A stretch of DNA of 64,000 nt from Sphingobacteriales bacterium. GTDB taxonomy: Bacteria; Bacteroidota; Bacteroidia; NS11-12g; UBA9320. The DNA is taken from NCBI GenBank assembly GCA_043511425.1, contig CP121331.1:1450992-1514991 (forward strand), in the 5' to 3' direction. Position numbers and translations under genes: made by a program. Below the pieces are notes generated by a model. That model was not told where the DNA came from. It saw only the letters and a program-made list of their open reading frames with translations, and ran no database searches. Position 1 is the first letter of the stretch. Each line of letters begins with the position of its first letter. Of this stretch, positions 41,919 through 53,139 are shown piece by piece.

Positions 41919-42398
41919 ATGAAAAACAGAAATATCATCTTCCTAGCAAGTTTGTTACTTGGATTTATAAGCGGATGCTCGTATACGCCGAAAACGCCAG
42001 ACTTTATAAATTTAAAAAATGTAACGATAACATCCGCTAATCTTGATACAGTAGTATTAAGTGGTGACGCTATTTTTAATAATCCCAATCCTATCCCAGG
42101 CAAGCTGACTAAAACCAATATTCACATAAAAGTTAACAATATAGATATCACTGATATTGAGCAGAATGTGTCTATAGATGTACCTAAAAATAGTGATTTT
42201 ACTGTCCCGGTAAACTTCTCATTTAATCCGAAGCAGCTCTCTTCTGAACATGAAGGTTTTTTTAAAAATGCATTAAAAAACTTCCTCAGCAATCAATTAA
42301 TTATAGAATACGATGGACACGTTACTATAGAGATCCTCAGTATTGGATTTGATATCCCTGTAGCACACACAGATACGATGCGTCTTGTAGGTTCATAA
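41919..42398 (+). CDS. LEA type 2 (LEA14/NDR1-HIN1-like) family lipoprotein
   Basis: Lipobox LLGFISGCS, then PDFINLKNVTITSANLDTVVLSGDAIFNNPNP..G.L......I.VN, as in LEA_2 domains. Confidence 0.55.
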   Translation: MKNRNIIFLASLLLGFISGCSYTPKTPDFINLKNVTITSANLDTVVLSGDAIFNNPNPIPGKLTKTNIHIKVNNIDITDIEQNVSIDVPKNSDFTVPVNFSFNPKQLSSEHEGFFKNALKNFLSNQLIIEYDGHVTIEILSIGFDIPVAHTDTMRLVGS

Positions 42399-42818
42399 AG
42401 ATTCCCTTCGAAAGGACTTTAAGTCATCCAACGTAAATATCACTTTTTGCTTAACCTCTTGACTGGAGACACCATTCTTTTTAACTACAAGAAATTCTAC
42501 ATTAATATAATCATAGTCTGGTTTATTATCTATTGAGTTTATAGTCAACAGCGCAGCCTTTCTTGCTAATAGGTAGCGGGCCTCGTAATTCACTGGTTCC
42601 TTGGAGGGGTTCATAAGAACTATTTTTAAACTACTGTTTTCTGTTGAATTGTAAAATGTTGTCTCGCCGAACACCCCTACTTTTTCATATTCACCTGACT
42701 GTTTCAGCGCTGACATAAGCATCTCTTCATCTACACTCAACTGGGGTTTCTTTGGCTCTGGCATCGTACAACTAAGCGCCATTTGCAACATCAGAAGTAC
42801 AATACTTTTCCTAATCAA
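42393..42818 (-). CDS. Hypothetical lipoprotein
   Basis: 141 aa with lipobox-like LQMALSCTM. No further motif recognised. Confidence 0.4.
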   Translation of the reverse strand: MIRKSIVLLMLQMALSCTMPEPKKPQLSVDEEMLMSALKQSGEYEKVGVFGETTFYNSTENSSLKIVLMNPSKEPVNYEARYLLARKAALLTINSIDNKPDYDYINVEFLVVKKNGVSSQEVKQKVIFTLDDLKSFRRESL

Positions 42819-42833
42819 TTCCTATACACCCAA

Positions 42834-45800
42834 TCAATTAAACCTAAAATCCAAGCCTAAGTCTTCGAGCTTTTTCTTTGTAATCTCATCCATTTGCAGT
42901 TTATATCGCTGGCTCTTGGCTTTCAGGCTTTGGTCCTTGCCCTTTATTTTAAATGCTAAACCCACTTTGCCTCGCTCGTCTACTAGGTCAAATAACGACT
43001 GCATGAGTTCTTCATTGATATCTGCGGCATTGATATTTATGGTTACTTTCTTCAGCTGATGAGATACTGCATCTTCTAAAAAAGTCATCTGCTGGAGACG
43101 CAGATCTACCTTATCTGGATCTCTCCAACTTTTTTCTCCCTTGGCTACCACAAAAATCTGAGCATTCAGCTCTATCCAAGGCTTATACGTAGTGTATTGC
43201 TCACCAAATAATGCGAATTCTCGTGTACCGCTAAAATCCTCTAACGTGAATATACAAAAGGGCTTTCCATTCTTACTAACTGCGTCTCTGACCGTAGTGA
43301 TGAGACCCGCGAGCTTTATTTCGGCTCCTTCTAACTTCAGGTTTTCTTCTTCTATGGCTAACAGGGTATGCGTAGTAAAGTGATCTATTTCAAACTTAAA
43401 ATTATTCAACGGATGCCCAGATATGTAGATACCTACCAGCTCCTTTTCCCGCTGAAGTCGTTCCATCAGCGTCCACTCCGCTACCTTGGGGAGTTCTGGT
43501 TCTGAAAGTTGTACTCCGGATGCTTTTCCAAATAAACTTGCTTGACTATTGAGTTCATCACTCTGCGCCTGCGCACCAAATTTGACTGCTAAATCTATCC
43601 CTTTAGTGCCAGCTACTTCAGTAACATAGCTACTTCTATTTACTCCATAATCGTCAAACGCACCGGCTATAGCCAAATTTTCTAATGATTTCTTATTTAC
43701 CAATCGCTGGTTTACCCGTTTACAGATATCAAAAACGTTCGCATACACTCCGTTTTCTTTTCGTTCACGGATAATTTCTTCTGCTGCAGAACCACCTACG
43801 CCCTTGATAGCTGCGAGTCCAAACCGGATAGCTCCCTCTTGGTTTACACTAAATTTCTTTTCACTTTCATTCGCACTTGGACCCAGTATCTCTATCCCAT
43901 CCATTTACACTCGTCCATGAAGAAACTCACTTTTTTGATGTCATTCATATTGTGCGTGAGCACCGAAGCCATAAACTCAGCAGGATAGTGAGCCTTCAGG
44001 TAGCCTGTATGAAATGCTAAGTAGGCGTAGCACGTACTGTGACTCTTATTGAAGGCATAGGATGCAAACGCCTCCCAGTCTTTCCAAACCTTTTTTAGCG
44101 TCTCTTCCTTGTGGCCCTTTTCAGTTCCTTGACTGATAAAAAGATCAAAGAGTTTATTCATCTCTTCTATCTTCTTTTTACCCATTGCTTTTCGAAGACT
44201 ATCCGCCTGACCTTTGGTAAATCCTGCTAGCTTCTGAGAAAGCAGCATGACTTGCTCTTGATATACCGTAATACCGTAAGTGTCTTGCAAGTACTCCTCC
44301 ATATCTGCGAGATCATACTTTATCTCCTGTCGGCCATGCTTACGCTCTACGAAATCCTTTATATATTCCATAGGACCTGGACGGTAAAGCGCGTTCATAG
44401 CGATCAAATCCTCGAACTTATCCGGTTTTAGGGCTTTTAGGTGCTTCTGCATCCCTGGACTCTCAAACTGAAATACGCCGTTGGTATTGCCTCGAGCAAA
44501 TAGGTCTAGGGCTTTTTTATCATTGAGCGGGATGTCATCTGGGACTATAGTGATACCGTGACGGTCTTTCACTATCTGTACGGCATCTTTTATAATAGTA
44601 AGCGTCTTGAGTCCTAAGAAATCCATCTTCAGCAGACCCGCATCTTCTACCACACTATTGTCGTATTGCGTTACCAGAAGATCAGAATCCTTGGCGGTAG
44701 TTACTGGAACATATTTCGTAATGTCATCCGGTGTGATAATAACCCCACACGCATGTATTCCTGTATTTCGAACAGAGCCTTCTAGTCTCATCGCTGTACG
44801 AATGAGTTGACCTATCTCGTCCTCTTGCTGAGCCATCACCCTAAACTCTTCTGCGGCTTGATTTTGCTCCGCATTCATTGCGTCTTTTAGCTTTTTCTGT
44901 ACTCCTTCCGGTGCCAACACCTTATTCAAGTTTGCACTTAGATGATCTGGAAATGCTTTGGTAATCGCATTTACTTCTTGCAGCGGAACATCCATCACAC
45001 GACCTACGTCTTTTAGCGAGGAACGCGCTGCCATGCTACCGTAGGTAATGATTTGGGCTACTTGCTTTTTACCGTACTTATCTACTACATAGTCTATCAC
45101 ACTTTGTCTTCCTTCGTCATCAAAATCAATATCAATATCCGGAAGAGACACACGCTCAGGATTCAGGAAACGCTCAAAAAGAAGATCGTATGCGATAGGG
45201 TCTACATTGGTAATCCCCAAGCAATATGCTACAGCACTCCCTGCAGCAGATCCACGTCCAGGCCCTACAGAAACGCCCATCTCTCGTGCTACGCTCGTAA
45301 AATCTTGCACGATCAAGAAATATCCAGGATACCCTGAATCCTTTATCACGGACAACTCAAAGAGAAGACGCTCTTCGGTCTCTGAGGGCATATTTGGGTA
45401 GCGCTTCTTGGCTCCTTCAAAGGTGAGATAATGCAGGTAGTCATCCTGAGTCTTAAACTCTGGAGGCATAGTAAAATTGGGCAACAATACATCCCTAGTA
45501 AGCTTAGGGGTCTCTATACTGTCTACGATGATATTGGTATTGTCTAGCGCTTCAGGAATATCTGAGAACAGACGCCCCATTTCTTCTTGAGTCTTGAAGT
45601 AAAACTCATTATTTGGGAAAGCAAAACGTTTTCCTTTTCCATATCCTTTCGGGTCTGTAAGTCGACTACCTGTATTCACACAGAGTAAGATATCGTGAGG
45701 AAGTGCATCATCTTCCTCCATGTAGTGGGAGTCATTCGTCGCTATGGTTTTTAGGTCATACTTCTTAGCAAATTTGATAAGCACTTGATTCAAGTTCTCT

Positions 45801-46372
45801 TGACTCATTCCCGTGCCGTCTATATCTTCTATACCGTGCCGCTGCAGCTCTACGTAGTAATCCTCTCCAAAAATTTTCAGGTACTCTTTTAGTATTTTCT
45901 CTGCTTCTTCTTCGCCCTTAAAAAGTATCGCTTGCGGAATCTCTGCTCCTATACAACAAGAGGTAGCAATAAGTCCTTCGCTGTGTTTCTCTAAAATGGC
46001 TCTATCGATTCGCGGATACTTACCGTATAGTCCATCCATATATCCTATAGAGCAGAGTAACGATAAGTTCTCATACCCTTTTTGGTTTTTGGCTAAAATG
46101 AGTTGATGGTATCTTTTGTCCTTAGAATCTCCAACAAATGACCGCCTGAATCTATCCTCTACTACATAAAACTCGCATCCTACGATGGGTTTCACGCCGT
46201 GCCTCAACCCGGAGTTTACGAACTTAAAAGCTCCGAACATATTACCGTGGTCTGTGAGAGCTACCGCACGCATGCCATCCTTTTTTGCTTTCGCAAACAT
46301 GTCATCTATGGGTGATGCTCCGTCTAGTAGCGAAAACTGGCTGTGGCAGTGTAGGTGAGAAAATTGGGTCAC
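42834..46372 (-). pseudogene. dnaE: DNA polymerase III alpha subunit, split by a 1-nt frameshift at about 43895-43898
   Basis: The upstream ORF has the PHP domain (FSHLHCHSQFSLLDGA), GRGSAAGS and NKSHS. It ends ..FFMDECKWMG*. The downstream ORF starts MDGIEILGPSANES.., and a -1 shift after GGA gives the expected ..KWMGIEILGPSANES... The coding strand reads ATGGGATAG where ATGGGNATAGAG is expected. I place the likely start at the GTG at 46372 (VTQFSHLH). Confidence 0.9.
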
Positions 46373-46681
46373 GGAATAATTATTAATTGTTAATGATGAA
46401 TTTTTAATGGCAATGGCAATGATTTTACCATTGCTGTAAAGCACAAGTATAATGGAATTTTAACCTGTAATTCAGCCTTTTCTTTTTTGTGTTTTACACA
46501 TTAAAAGGGATAACTTTTTAGGATATTGGTATTGAGGAAATTAGGTTAAGATAAAATAGCTAGGCTAAGGATAAAGGCCTCTATGACTAACCCCATATAA
46601 ATTAGAAATGATTTGAAGTAGCTTGAAAATTTGACTCATTTTAGTACGGATAACCTTAATATTGTCTAACCAAAGCACAAC

Positions 46682-47650
46682 GTGAAAAAAATAATAGGCT
46701 ATCTAAAGGATTTTTACCGTGACCACTTCAGTTGGGGTGAGTTATTGGTAGCCCTTATTTTTATCGTCGCGTTTTGTACTTTTAAGTATTTCAACTTCCT
46801 CCCAAGTGCATGGGGTGAACAATCACTTCTAACGAGCTGGTGGTATGCCGCGTACTTTGGTGGCTACAAGTTTTCCTTCCACTTTGCACTGTACTTCTTA
46901 CCACTGCTTTTCGGCTACTTTATGAGCAGTATATTTCATCATGAGTGGCACTTTTGGAAGCGCCCAAAATTCTGGTTTCTCCTGCTTTTTGCTGCGGGAC
47001 TTGTGGCTTACAGAAGTACACTTACTTATTATATCCATGATTATTTGGCGTCCAATTACTCGTCTGCGCATATGGACTGGCTTACAAGTATTATAGGCAC
47101 TATCATTCGAGGAGGCTTCCTATTTGTTGCTATCTGGGTATATTGGTATTTTACAGACAAAAAAGAACAACCCTTCTACGGATTCACGCTCAAAAATTTC
47201 AACACCAAACCCTACCTCATCATGCTGCTAATAATGGTACCACTTATTGCGGCAGCGAGTACACAGGCAGATTTCCTTACCTCGTATCCTCGTGTACAGA
47301 AGATGCTTTCATTGGACTTCGCTAACTCCGAGCACTGGAAATACTTTGCTTTATATGAGGTACTCTACGGACTGGATTTTTTCAGTATTGAATTCTTTTT
47401 TAGGGGCTTTCTTATACTTGCTTTCGTAGGTATAGTGGGTCCTAGAGCCATACTTCCTATGGCCTATATGTATGTAGTCATCCACTGGAATAAGCCCATG
47501 GGAGAGTTGATCAGCTCATTCTTTGGTGGCACCCTGCTGGGCATGGTAGCCTACTACAGTCGCAGTATTGTAGGCGGTATAATAGTGCATGTAGGGATCG
47601 CTTGGATGATGGAGATCGGTGCATTTATCAGTAAGTATTTTTACCCGTGA
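46682..47650 (+). CDS. CPBP family intramembrane glutamic endopeptidase (CAAX protease/Abi-like)
   Basis: 322 aa, polytopic. The motif SIEFFFRGF (EExxxR-like) and later His motifs (VIHW, IIVHVG). Confidence 0.65.
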   Translation: MKKIIGYLKDFYRDHFSWGELLVALIFIVAFCTFKYFNFLPSAWGEQSLLTSWWYAAYFGGYKFSFHFALYFLPLLFGYFMSSIFHHEWHFWKRPKFWFLLLFAAGLVAYRSTLTYYIHDYLASNYSSAHMDWLTSIIGTIIRGGFLFVAIWVYWYFTDKKEQPFYGFTLKNFNTKPYLIMLLIMVPLIAAASTQADFLTSYPRVQKMLSLDFANSEHWKYFALYEVLYGLDFFSIEFFFRGFLILAFVGIVGPRAILPMAYMYVVIHWNKPMGELISSFFGGTLLGMVAYYSRSIVGGIIVHVGIAWMMEIGAFISKYFYP

Positions 47651-49740
47651 ACGAGTTTCTAGGCACAGACATAAAATTTTTAAAGGGCGTAGGCGAAGTA
47701 CGTGCAGGAATTCTCAATAAAGAATTGGCACTTTTTACTTTCAATGACTTACTGAACTACTTTCCGTTTCGCTATGTGGACCGCAGCAAATTTTATCGCA
47801 TCTCTGAGATAGAGCAAGATTCCAGTTACATTCAGCTCAAAGGAAAAATACGCCGTGTGGAAGAGGTCGGACCACAACGCAGTACAAGATTAGTGGCCTA
47901 CTTCTCTGATGGAGAACGAGAAATGGAGTTACTATGGTTTAAGGGTGTAAAATGGATAAAAAGTCAGCTAAAGGTAGGTGAAGAGGTCGTTATATTTGGC
48001 AAGCCTAGCTTTTTTAGAGGCAAGCTCACTATGAGTCATCCGGAGCTAGATACGGTGGCAAACAGAAAAAACAGTGCTCCCCTAGAAGCAGTCTATCACA
48101 CCACAGAAATGATGAAAACTCGCAGAGTGGAGAGTAAGGCCATTCGCCAAGTGATGCACCATCTGCTCAGGCATGAGCACTTCAATATTCCAGAGATATT
48201 TTCTCCGGAGATGTGCCAAAAGTACAAGCTCATTCCACGAGACAAAGCATTTCGATTTATCCATCAGCCGCCTAGTCATAAGCACATAGAAGCTGCACAA
48301 CACCGGTTTAAGTTCGAGGAGCTTTTCTTTTTACAGCTTCCTTTTATTAATCAAAAGGTAAATAGAAAACGAGCCGACAAGGGCATTACATTCAAGACTC
48401 AAAATCCGCTTTTTGAAGACTTCATCAAAAACCACCTCCCCTTTAGTCTCACAGGAGCACAAGAACGGGTGTTGCGAGAAGTAAAAACGGACCTCTGCTC
48501 TGGAGACCAAATGAATCGACTCCTGCAGGGAGATGTGGGCAGCGGAAAGACGATAGTCGCGTTTCTCTGTGTACTTATGGCTATCGATAATGGCTACCAA
48601 GCGAGCCTTATGGCACCCACAGAGATACTCGCCACACAGCACTACATCGGACTAAAGGAGCTCGCAGAAAAAATAGGCATTGAAATAGGAATACTCACTG
48701 GAAGTAGCACTACTAAGGAGCGAAGAATGCTTCACGAAAAGCTACAAGCCGGCTCGATAAAACTGCTGGTAGGCACGCATGCGTTAATCGAAGATGTCGT
48801 GCAATTTAAAAATCTAGGACTAACCATTATAGATGAGCAACACCGCTTTGGGGTGGCTCAGCGTGCTAAGCTGCAGGCAAAGGGTCAAATCAATCCACAC
48901 GTTCTGGTAATGACTGCTACTCCGATACCGCGAACACTAGCAATGAGTGTATACGGAGATTTAGACTACAGTGTAATCGATGAAATGCCTGCTGGGCGTA
49001 GAGCCATCAAGACGGCGCATCGCTTTGGGTTTGCTCGAGAAAAAGTATGGCAGTTTATGAAAGATGAGATAGCCAAAGGCAGACAAGCATATGTCGTCTA
49101 TCCGCTCATAGAAGAGAGTGAGACCCTCCATTACAAAGACCTCAATACTGGCTATGACCAGCTGTTGGAGTTTTTCCCGCGGCCAGCCTATCAGGTGGAG
49201 ATGCTACACGGAAAAATGAAACCTTCTGACAAAGAAGCCAAGATGCAAGACTTTGCTAGTGGTAAGACCAATATACTGGTAAGCACCACCGTGATAGAAG
49301 TAGGCATTAACGTACCTAATGCGAGTATCATGATCATAGAAAGTGCAGAGAAATTTGGGTTATCCCAACTGCATCAACTTCGAGGACGTGTGGGAAGAGG
49401 TGCAGAACAGAGTTACTGCATACTCCTTAGCAGTAAGAAGTTAAGTGACAATGCCAAGACCCGTCTGCAAGCCATGGTAGCCACTACGTCCGGTTTTGAA
49501 CTTAGTGAAATAGACATGCAACTGCGTGGATTTGGAGACATTGCAGGCACGCGGCAGAGCGGCCTAGACCAGCTCAAACTAGCATCTCTCAGTACGGATG
49601 CTCATATCGCAGAAATGGCTAGAGAGGCCATCGTAGAGTTGCTTACTAACGACCCAGAATATAAAAATCACGAAAGTCTAAAACACTTTATGAAAAATAA
49701 ACAGGGGTACAAGGACTGGGAGAAAATAGCGTATTCTTAG
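47647..49740 (+). CDS. recG: ATP-dependent DNA helicase RecG
   Basis: 697 aa. Wedge/OB N-terminus, LTGAQ..V, GDVGSGKT, DEQHRFGV, TATPIPRT and QLHQLRGRVGRG. A 4-nt overlap with the upstream gene. Confidence 0.93.
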   Translation: MNEFLGTDIKFLKGVGEVRAGILNKELALFTFNDLLNYFPFRYVDRSKFYRISEIEQDSSYIQLKGKIRRVEEVGPQRSTRLVAYFSDGEREMELLWFKGVKWIKSQLKVGEEVVIFGKPSFFRGKLTMSHPELDTVANRKNSAPLEAVYHTTEMMKTRRVESKAIRQVMHHLLRHEHFNIPEIFSPEMCQKYKLIPRDKAFRFIHQPPSHKHIEAAQHRFKFEELFFLQLPFINQKVNRKRADKGITFKTQNPLFEDFIKNHLPFSLTGAQERVLREVKTDLCSGDQMNRLLQGDVGSGKTIVAFLCVLMAIDNGYQASLMAPTEILATQHYIGLKELAEKIGIEIGILTGSSTTKERRMLHEKLQAGSIKLLVGTHALIEDVVQFKNLGLTIIDEQHRFGVAQRAKLQAKGQINPHVLVMTATPIPRTLAMSVYGDLDYSVIDEMPAGRRAIKTAHRFGFAREKVWQFMKDEIAKGRQAYVVYPLIEESETLHYKDLNTGYDQLLEFFPRPAYQVEMLHGKMKPSDKEAKMQDFASGKTNILVSTTVIEVGINVPNASIMIIESAEKFGLSQLHQLRGRVGRGAEQSYCILLSSKKLSDNAKTRLQAMVATTSGFELSEIDMQLRGFGDIAGTRQSGLDQLKLASLSTDAHIAEMAREAIVELLTNDPEYKNHESLKHFMKNKQGYKDWEKIAYS

Positions 49741-49761
49741 AGGATGAACCTCAGGACTACT

Positions 49762-50268
49762 TTATTCGAGCAACTTTTTTAAAGACGTAAGATTTGCCGC
49801 AGTGTTTGCTTTATGCGAATCCTCTGCTTTCATAATCATTCTGCTCTTCATATCCAGGGAAGTCATTTTAACTCTCCACGATACTCTAGTGGTATTGCTG
49901 TCTAGTGCTTCTAGCGTGTAGTCATCTATTCTCGAAAAAAAATCTTTCACCAGACCTTCATTTGCGATGCGGAAGGGAGCCTCATGTACAGTGACCACTC
50001 TGTGCATTACCATCTCCTGTGGGTAGTACAAATCATATTCGCTACCTAGGCCTGCTTCCGCACCCTTTGTTTGCTTCACGCTTTCTAAACCTTTCATCCA
50101 TTTAGTCATTGCACCTGGGCTAATGATCGCGTCGTACACCTCACTGATGGGTGCGTTAATATCTTCATTTACTTGGTACTCTAACTCTGTAGGAGCTAGT
50201 AAAATCATACCATAAAATCCTGCTGCAATAAACAGCATAAAGACACCTATGTACTTCATTATTTGCAT
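49762..50268 (-). CDS. SRPBCC (polyketide cyclase/START-like) family protein with an N-terminal membrane anchor
   Basis: 168 aa with TM helix YIGVFMLFIAAGFYGMILLA. I..P...VYDAI..P....KWM is typical of the SRPBCC fold. Confidence 0.5.
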   Translation of the reverse strand: MQIMKYIGVFMLFIAAGFYGMILLAPTELEYQVNEDINAPISEVYDAIISPGAMTKWMKGLESVKQTKGAEAGLGSEYDLYYPQEMVMHRVVTVHEAPFRIANEGLVKDFFSRIDDYTLEALDSNTTRVSWRVKMTSLDMKSRMIMKAEDSHKANTAANLTSLKKLLE

Positions 50269-50348
50269 AGCGCAAATGTACTTTGGATTTTATGACTTGC
50301 TAATCTCCTATTAAAAGGATATTTTTAGCGTTATAAATACGCAACTTT

Positions 50349-52832
50349 ATGAAAAAACATCTACACTTATTCTTCTCGACTATCACCTTAATTTTGTTAA
50401 TTCTCCCGTCCGTGCAAGCTCAGACCTATGACGCAAATCTAGATTCTGTGTACAGAGTTAATGGGGAGTATACTATGACACCACTGCATCACTGTGACAC
50501 CTTTAAATTTGGAGGAGTTGTAAAAAACGACGGTACAGGGACAATCACAGACGTCAAAGTGGACATTACTAGAGGCTCTAGTTTTCAAGATTCCTTAAAT
50601 TTTTCTTCCATATCTACTGGAGCAGCAGACACTAGCTTATCTGCTACTGGATTCTTGCCTAGTGCTATCGGTGATTACAAAGTGAACTTCAGCACCTCTA
50701 TTTCTGAAACGGAGACTGATTTCTCCAACAACAATGACTCTCTCGAATTTGAGGTTACCGATACTATCTATGCTCGTGATTTCGGATCCGCTACAGGAGG
50801 TGGAGCAGGGTTTAACGGTGCTCCATTTAATGCGGTAGGATGTAAATTTAAGCTAAAAGAAGCCGATACCATTACTTCCATTTCATTTTATACGGCTTCT
50901 GCAACCGTTGGAGATTCTGTAAGAGCGGCACTGTATTATTACAGCAACGGGCCTGGTTCATTTATAGAGTCCGCAGAAGCAACTGTAATAACGACTTCTG
51001 CAGGATGGTATACCGCGCTTTTAAAATGTCCAGCTATAGTTCCTGCAGGAGAGTATTTTGCAGCAGTGGAACAGCTAAATACAAACAATATGGGCTTAGG
51101 AATTTATACTGAAAGTTTTTTTGATTCTAGTGTGTACTATGGTCCAAATAGCAATTGGTTATTAATAGAAAGTATCCCCTTTTTAAGATCTCCGATGATT
51201 CGCTTAAACGTAGGTCCTTACGACACTTACCGCGAGGTAAATATCACTGCCAACAAAGACACGGTGTGTGAACTTTCTCAAGTACTATTATCTGGAGACA
51301 AAGTAGCCGATTATTCTTGGTCACCTGCAGCATTAGCAATTAATCCTAACAACCGGAATACATTCTTTGAACTATCCACCGCTACAGAAATCACGGTAGT
51401 GGCAGATTTCGGATGTGGCCTTATCGCTAGGGATACCATCACCATAGCAGTGACTCCCGCTCCAAGTGGCACTATCATAGCAGATAGCACTATATGCCGA
51501 GGAGACAGCATAGACTTAACTGCCTCCGGAGGCAGCAACTATAGCTGGATTGGCGGACCAAAGAATACTCCATGGCGAGTAAGTCCTTCTACTGGACCGA
51601 AGACCTATACTGTACTTCTAGATAGCACGAACGGGCGTCTAAATGGTTTAACCACACAGGTATCCGTAAGTGCACCTGCAGTCACCGCCTTTGGTGATAC
51701 TGCAGCATGTACGGGTCAGTCTGTAAGCATAAACAGTAGGGGTGCTACAAGCTACTCTTGGGATGGAGGTCCTATGACGTCCGATTACACCTTTGAGGTG
51801 ACGAAGACAGAATACAAAGTAGTGACAGGCACCAATGATAAAGGATGTACTATCCAAGACTCTGTGCTAATCACAGCATACATTACTCCAGAGCTTATTC
51901 CGCTGCGCGATACAGGAGCATGCTTCACTAAATTCATTACCATCACTGCAAACGGTGTAGCCGATAGCTTCCAATGGAGCAACGGTGACACATCTAAGGC
52001 GATCAGATTTCAAATGCTAAGTCCAAGAAACTTATACTTGATAGCTAAAAATGCCAATGGGTGTAAAGCATACGATACCTTAGCTGTAGCGAGATACGTC
52101 AGACCAGATGGAGTGCTATCGCCAAATAGTGATACCACTATATGCGAAGGAGAATCACTCGCCGTGACTGCCAGCGGTGGTGCTACGTATGAATGGAGTA
52201 ATGGGGAGACTACAGCAACAGCTAACCTGTCTCCTACTCAAGAAACTACCTATACTGTAACAACCAGAAGTGCAGAAGGATGCGAAGACTTTGACGATAT
52301 TACCGTATCCGTGAATCCACTTCCTATCGCTGGATTTAGCCAACGGGCATTTGAAGATTCTGTCGTATTTACCAATACATCTACGCTAGCCACTAGCTAT
52401 GCATGGGACTTTGGTGACGGACAGTCGTCTACAGACATGAGTCCGTTCAATGTTTATGATACTACAGGAATGTATACTGTTACGCTCACAGCCACAAATG
52501 ACTGTGGTGATGTAGATAGCGCGATCACGATAAGCGTGACTGTACCTGAAGAAGTTAACAGCATCTCTGACTTAGCACTGTGGAAAGATGTCAATCTTTA
52601 TCCTAACCCTACGGCAAGTACACTAAACTATCGCATAGAAAACCAACTCTTTGGAGAGATGCATATAACCGTATTCGATATCACCGGAAAAGTACTACAA
52701 TCGACTTCTAGAACTAAGGGATCTAATGAAATCTCTGGAAGTTTAGAACTAGCAGAATATGCGGATGGCATCTATATGATAGCGTTTAGAATAAATGACT
52801 CTGTATTACGAAGCAGAGTGGTAAAACACTAA
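50349..52832 (+). CDS. Large secreted surface protein with Cys-containing Ig-like repeats, a PKD domain and a T9SS C-terminal sorting domain
   Basis: Signal peptide ..LPSVQAQ. Repeats C.G.S..LTASGG..Y.W. PKD motif YAWDFGDGQSS....P...Y...G.YTVTLTATNDCG. The C-terminal domain is LYPNPT...L......G.YMIAF. Confidence 0.7.
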   Translation: MKKHLHLFFSTITLILLILPSVQAQTYDANLDSVYRVNGEYTMTPLHHCDTFKFGGVVKNDGTGTITDVKVDITRGSSFQDSLNFSSISTGAADTSLSATGFLPSAIGDYKVNFSTSISETETDFSNNNDSLEFEVTDTIYARDFGSATGGGAGFNGAPFNAVGCKFKLKEADTITSISFYTASATVGDSVRAALYYYSNGPGSFIESAEATVITTSAGWYTALLKCPAIVPAGEYFAAVEQLNTNNMGLGIYTESFFDSSVYYGPNSNWLLIESIPFLRSPMIRLNVGPYDTYREVNITANKDTVCELSQVLLSGDKVADYSWSPAALAINPNNRNTFFELSTATEITVVADFGCGLIARDTITIAVTPAPSGTIIADSTICRGDSIDLTASGGSNYSWIGGPKNTPWRVSPSTGPKTYTVLLDSTNGRLNGLTTQVSVSAPAVTAFGDTAACTGQSVSINSRGATSYSWDGGPMTSDYTFEVTKTEYKVVTGTNDKGCTIQDSVLITAYITPELIPLRDTGACFTKFITITANGVADSFQWSNGDTSKAIRFQMLSPRNLYLIAKNANGCKAYDTLAVARYVRPDGVLSPNSDTTICEGESLAVTASGGATYEWSNGETTATANLSPTQETTYTVTTRSAEGCEDFDDITVSVNPLPIAGFSQRAFEDSVVFTNTSTLATSYAWDFGDGQSSTDMSPFNVYDTTGMYTVTLTATNDCGDVDSAITISVTVPEEVNSISDLALWKDVNLYPNPTASTLNYRIENQLFGEMHITVFDITGKVLQSTSRTKGSNEISGSLELAEYADGIYMIAFRINDSVLRSRVVKH

Positions 52833-52886
52833 CTAAATCAACGTAATGATACGCCCGATTAACTTCGTTTACTCGGGCTTTTTTTA
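52706..52886 (+). repeat. Direct repeat copy 1 (last 42 codons of the T9SS gene plus its terminator)
   Basis: Aligns by eye to 59221-59398 with about 9 mismatches over the first 150 nt or so. The terminator stem differs by compensatory changes. Confidence 0.85.
52853..52885 (+). terminator. Rho-independent terminator after the T9SS/PKD gene
   Basis: Stem gcccga / tcgggc with a 14-nt loop, followed by seven T. Confidence 0.55.
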
Positions 52887-53139
52887 TGGATGATAATCTC
52901 TGCTACAATGAGAATTACTACCCATCCAATGGCAATCCTAAGCAACTTTATACAATATATTTTTGGTTTTTCTTAGCTACCAAAAGAATTTAGGCCTTCG
53001 TATTAACGGCCACTTTTCCCGTTAAATAATAAATACAAACTCCATCGAACTCGTCACAACAAGTAACTACAAAAAAAGTTAACTTATAGTGTTTTTTACT
53101 ATAACGATGGATATATTCGTGTTTCTAAATTGTTAATGT

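Noticed and set aside
43892-43904. Programmed -1 ribosomal frameshifting in dnaE, by analogy with dnaX.
   Set aside because: There is no slippery X XXY YYZ heptamer at the site (AAA TGG ATG GGA TAG) and no obvious downstream stem-loop. The shift is needed for the essential full-length product, not for an alternative isoform.
47720-47745. A sigma-54 promoter (TGGCAC-N5-TTGC) that could be a target of the sigma-54 activator at 30901-32151.
   Set aside because: The only TGGCAC I noticed lies inside recG and lacks the -12 TTGC element. No convincing -24/-12 promoter was seen in intergenic regions.
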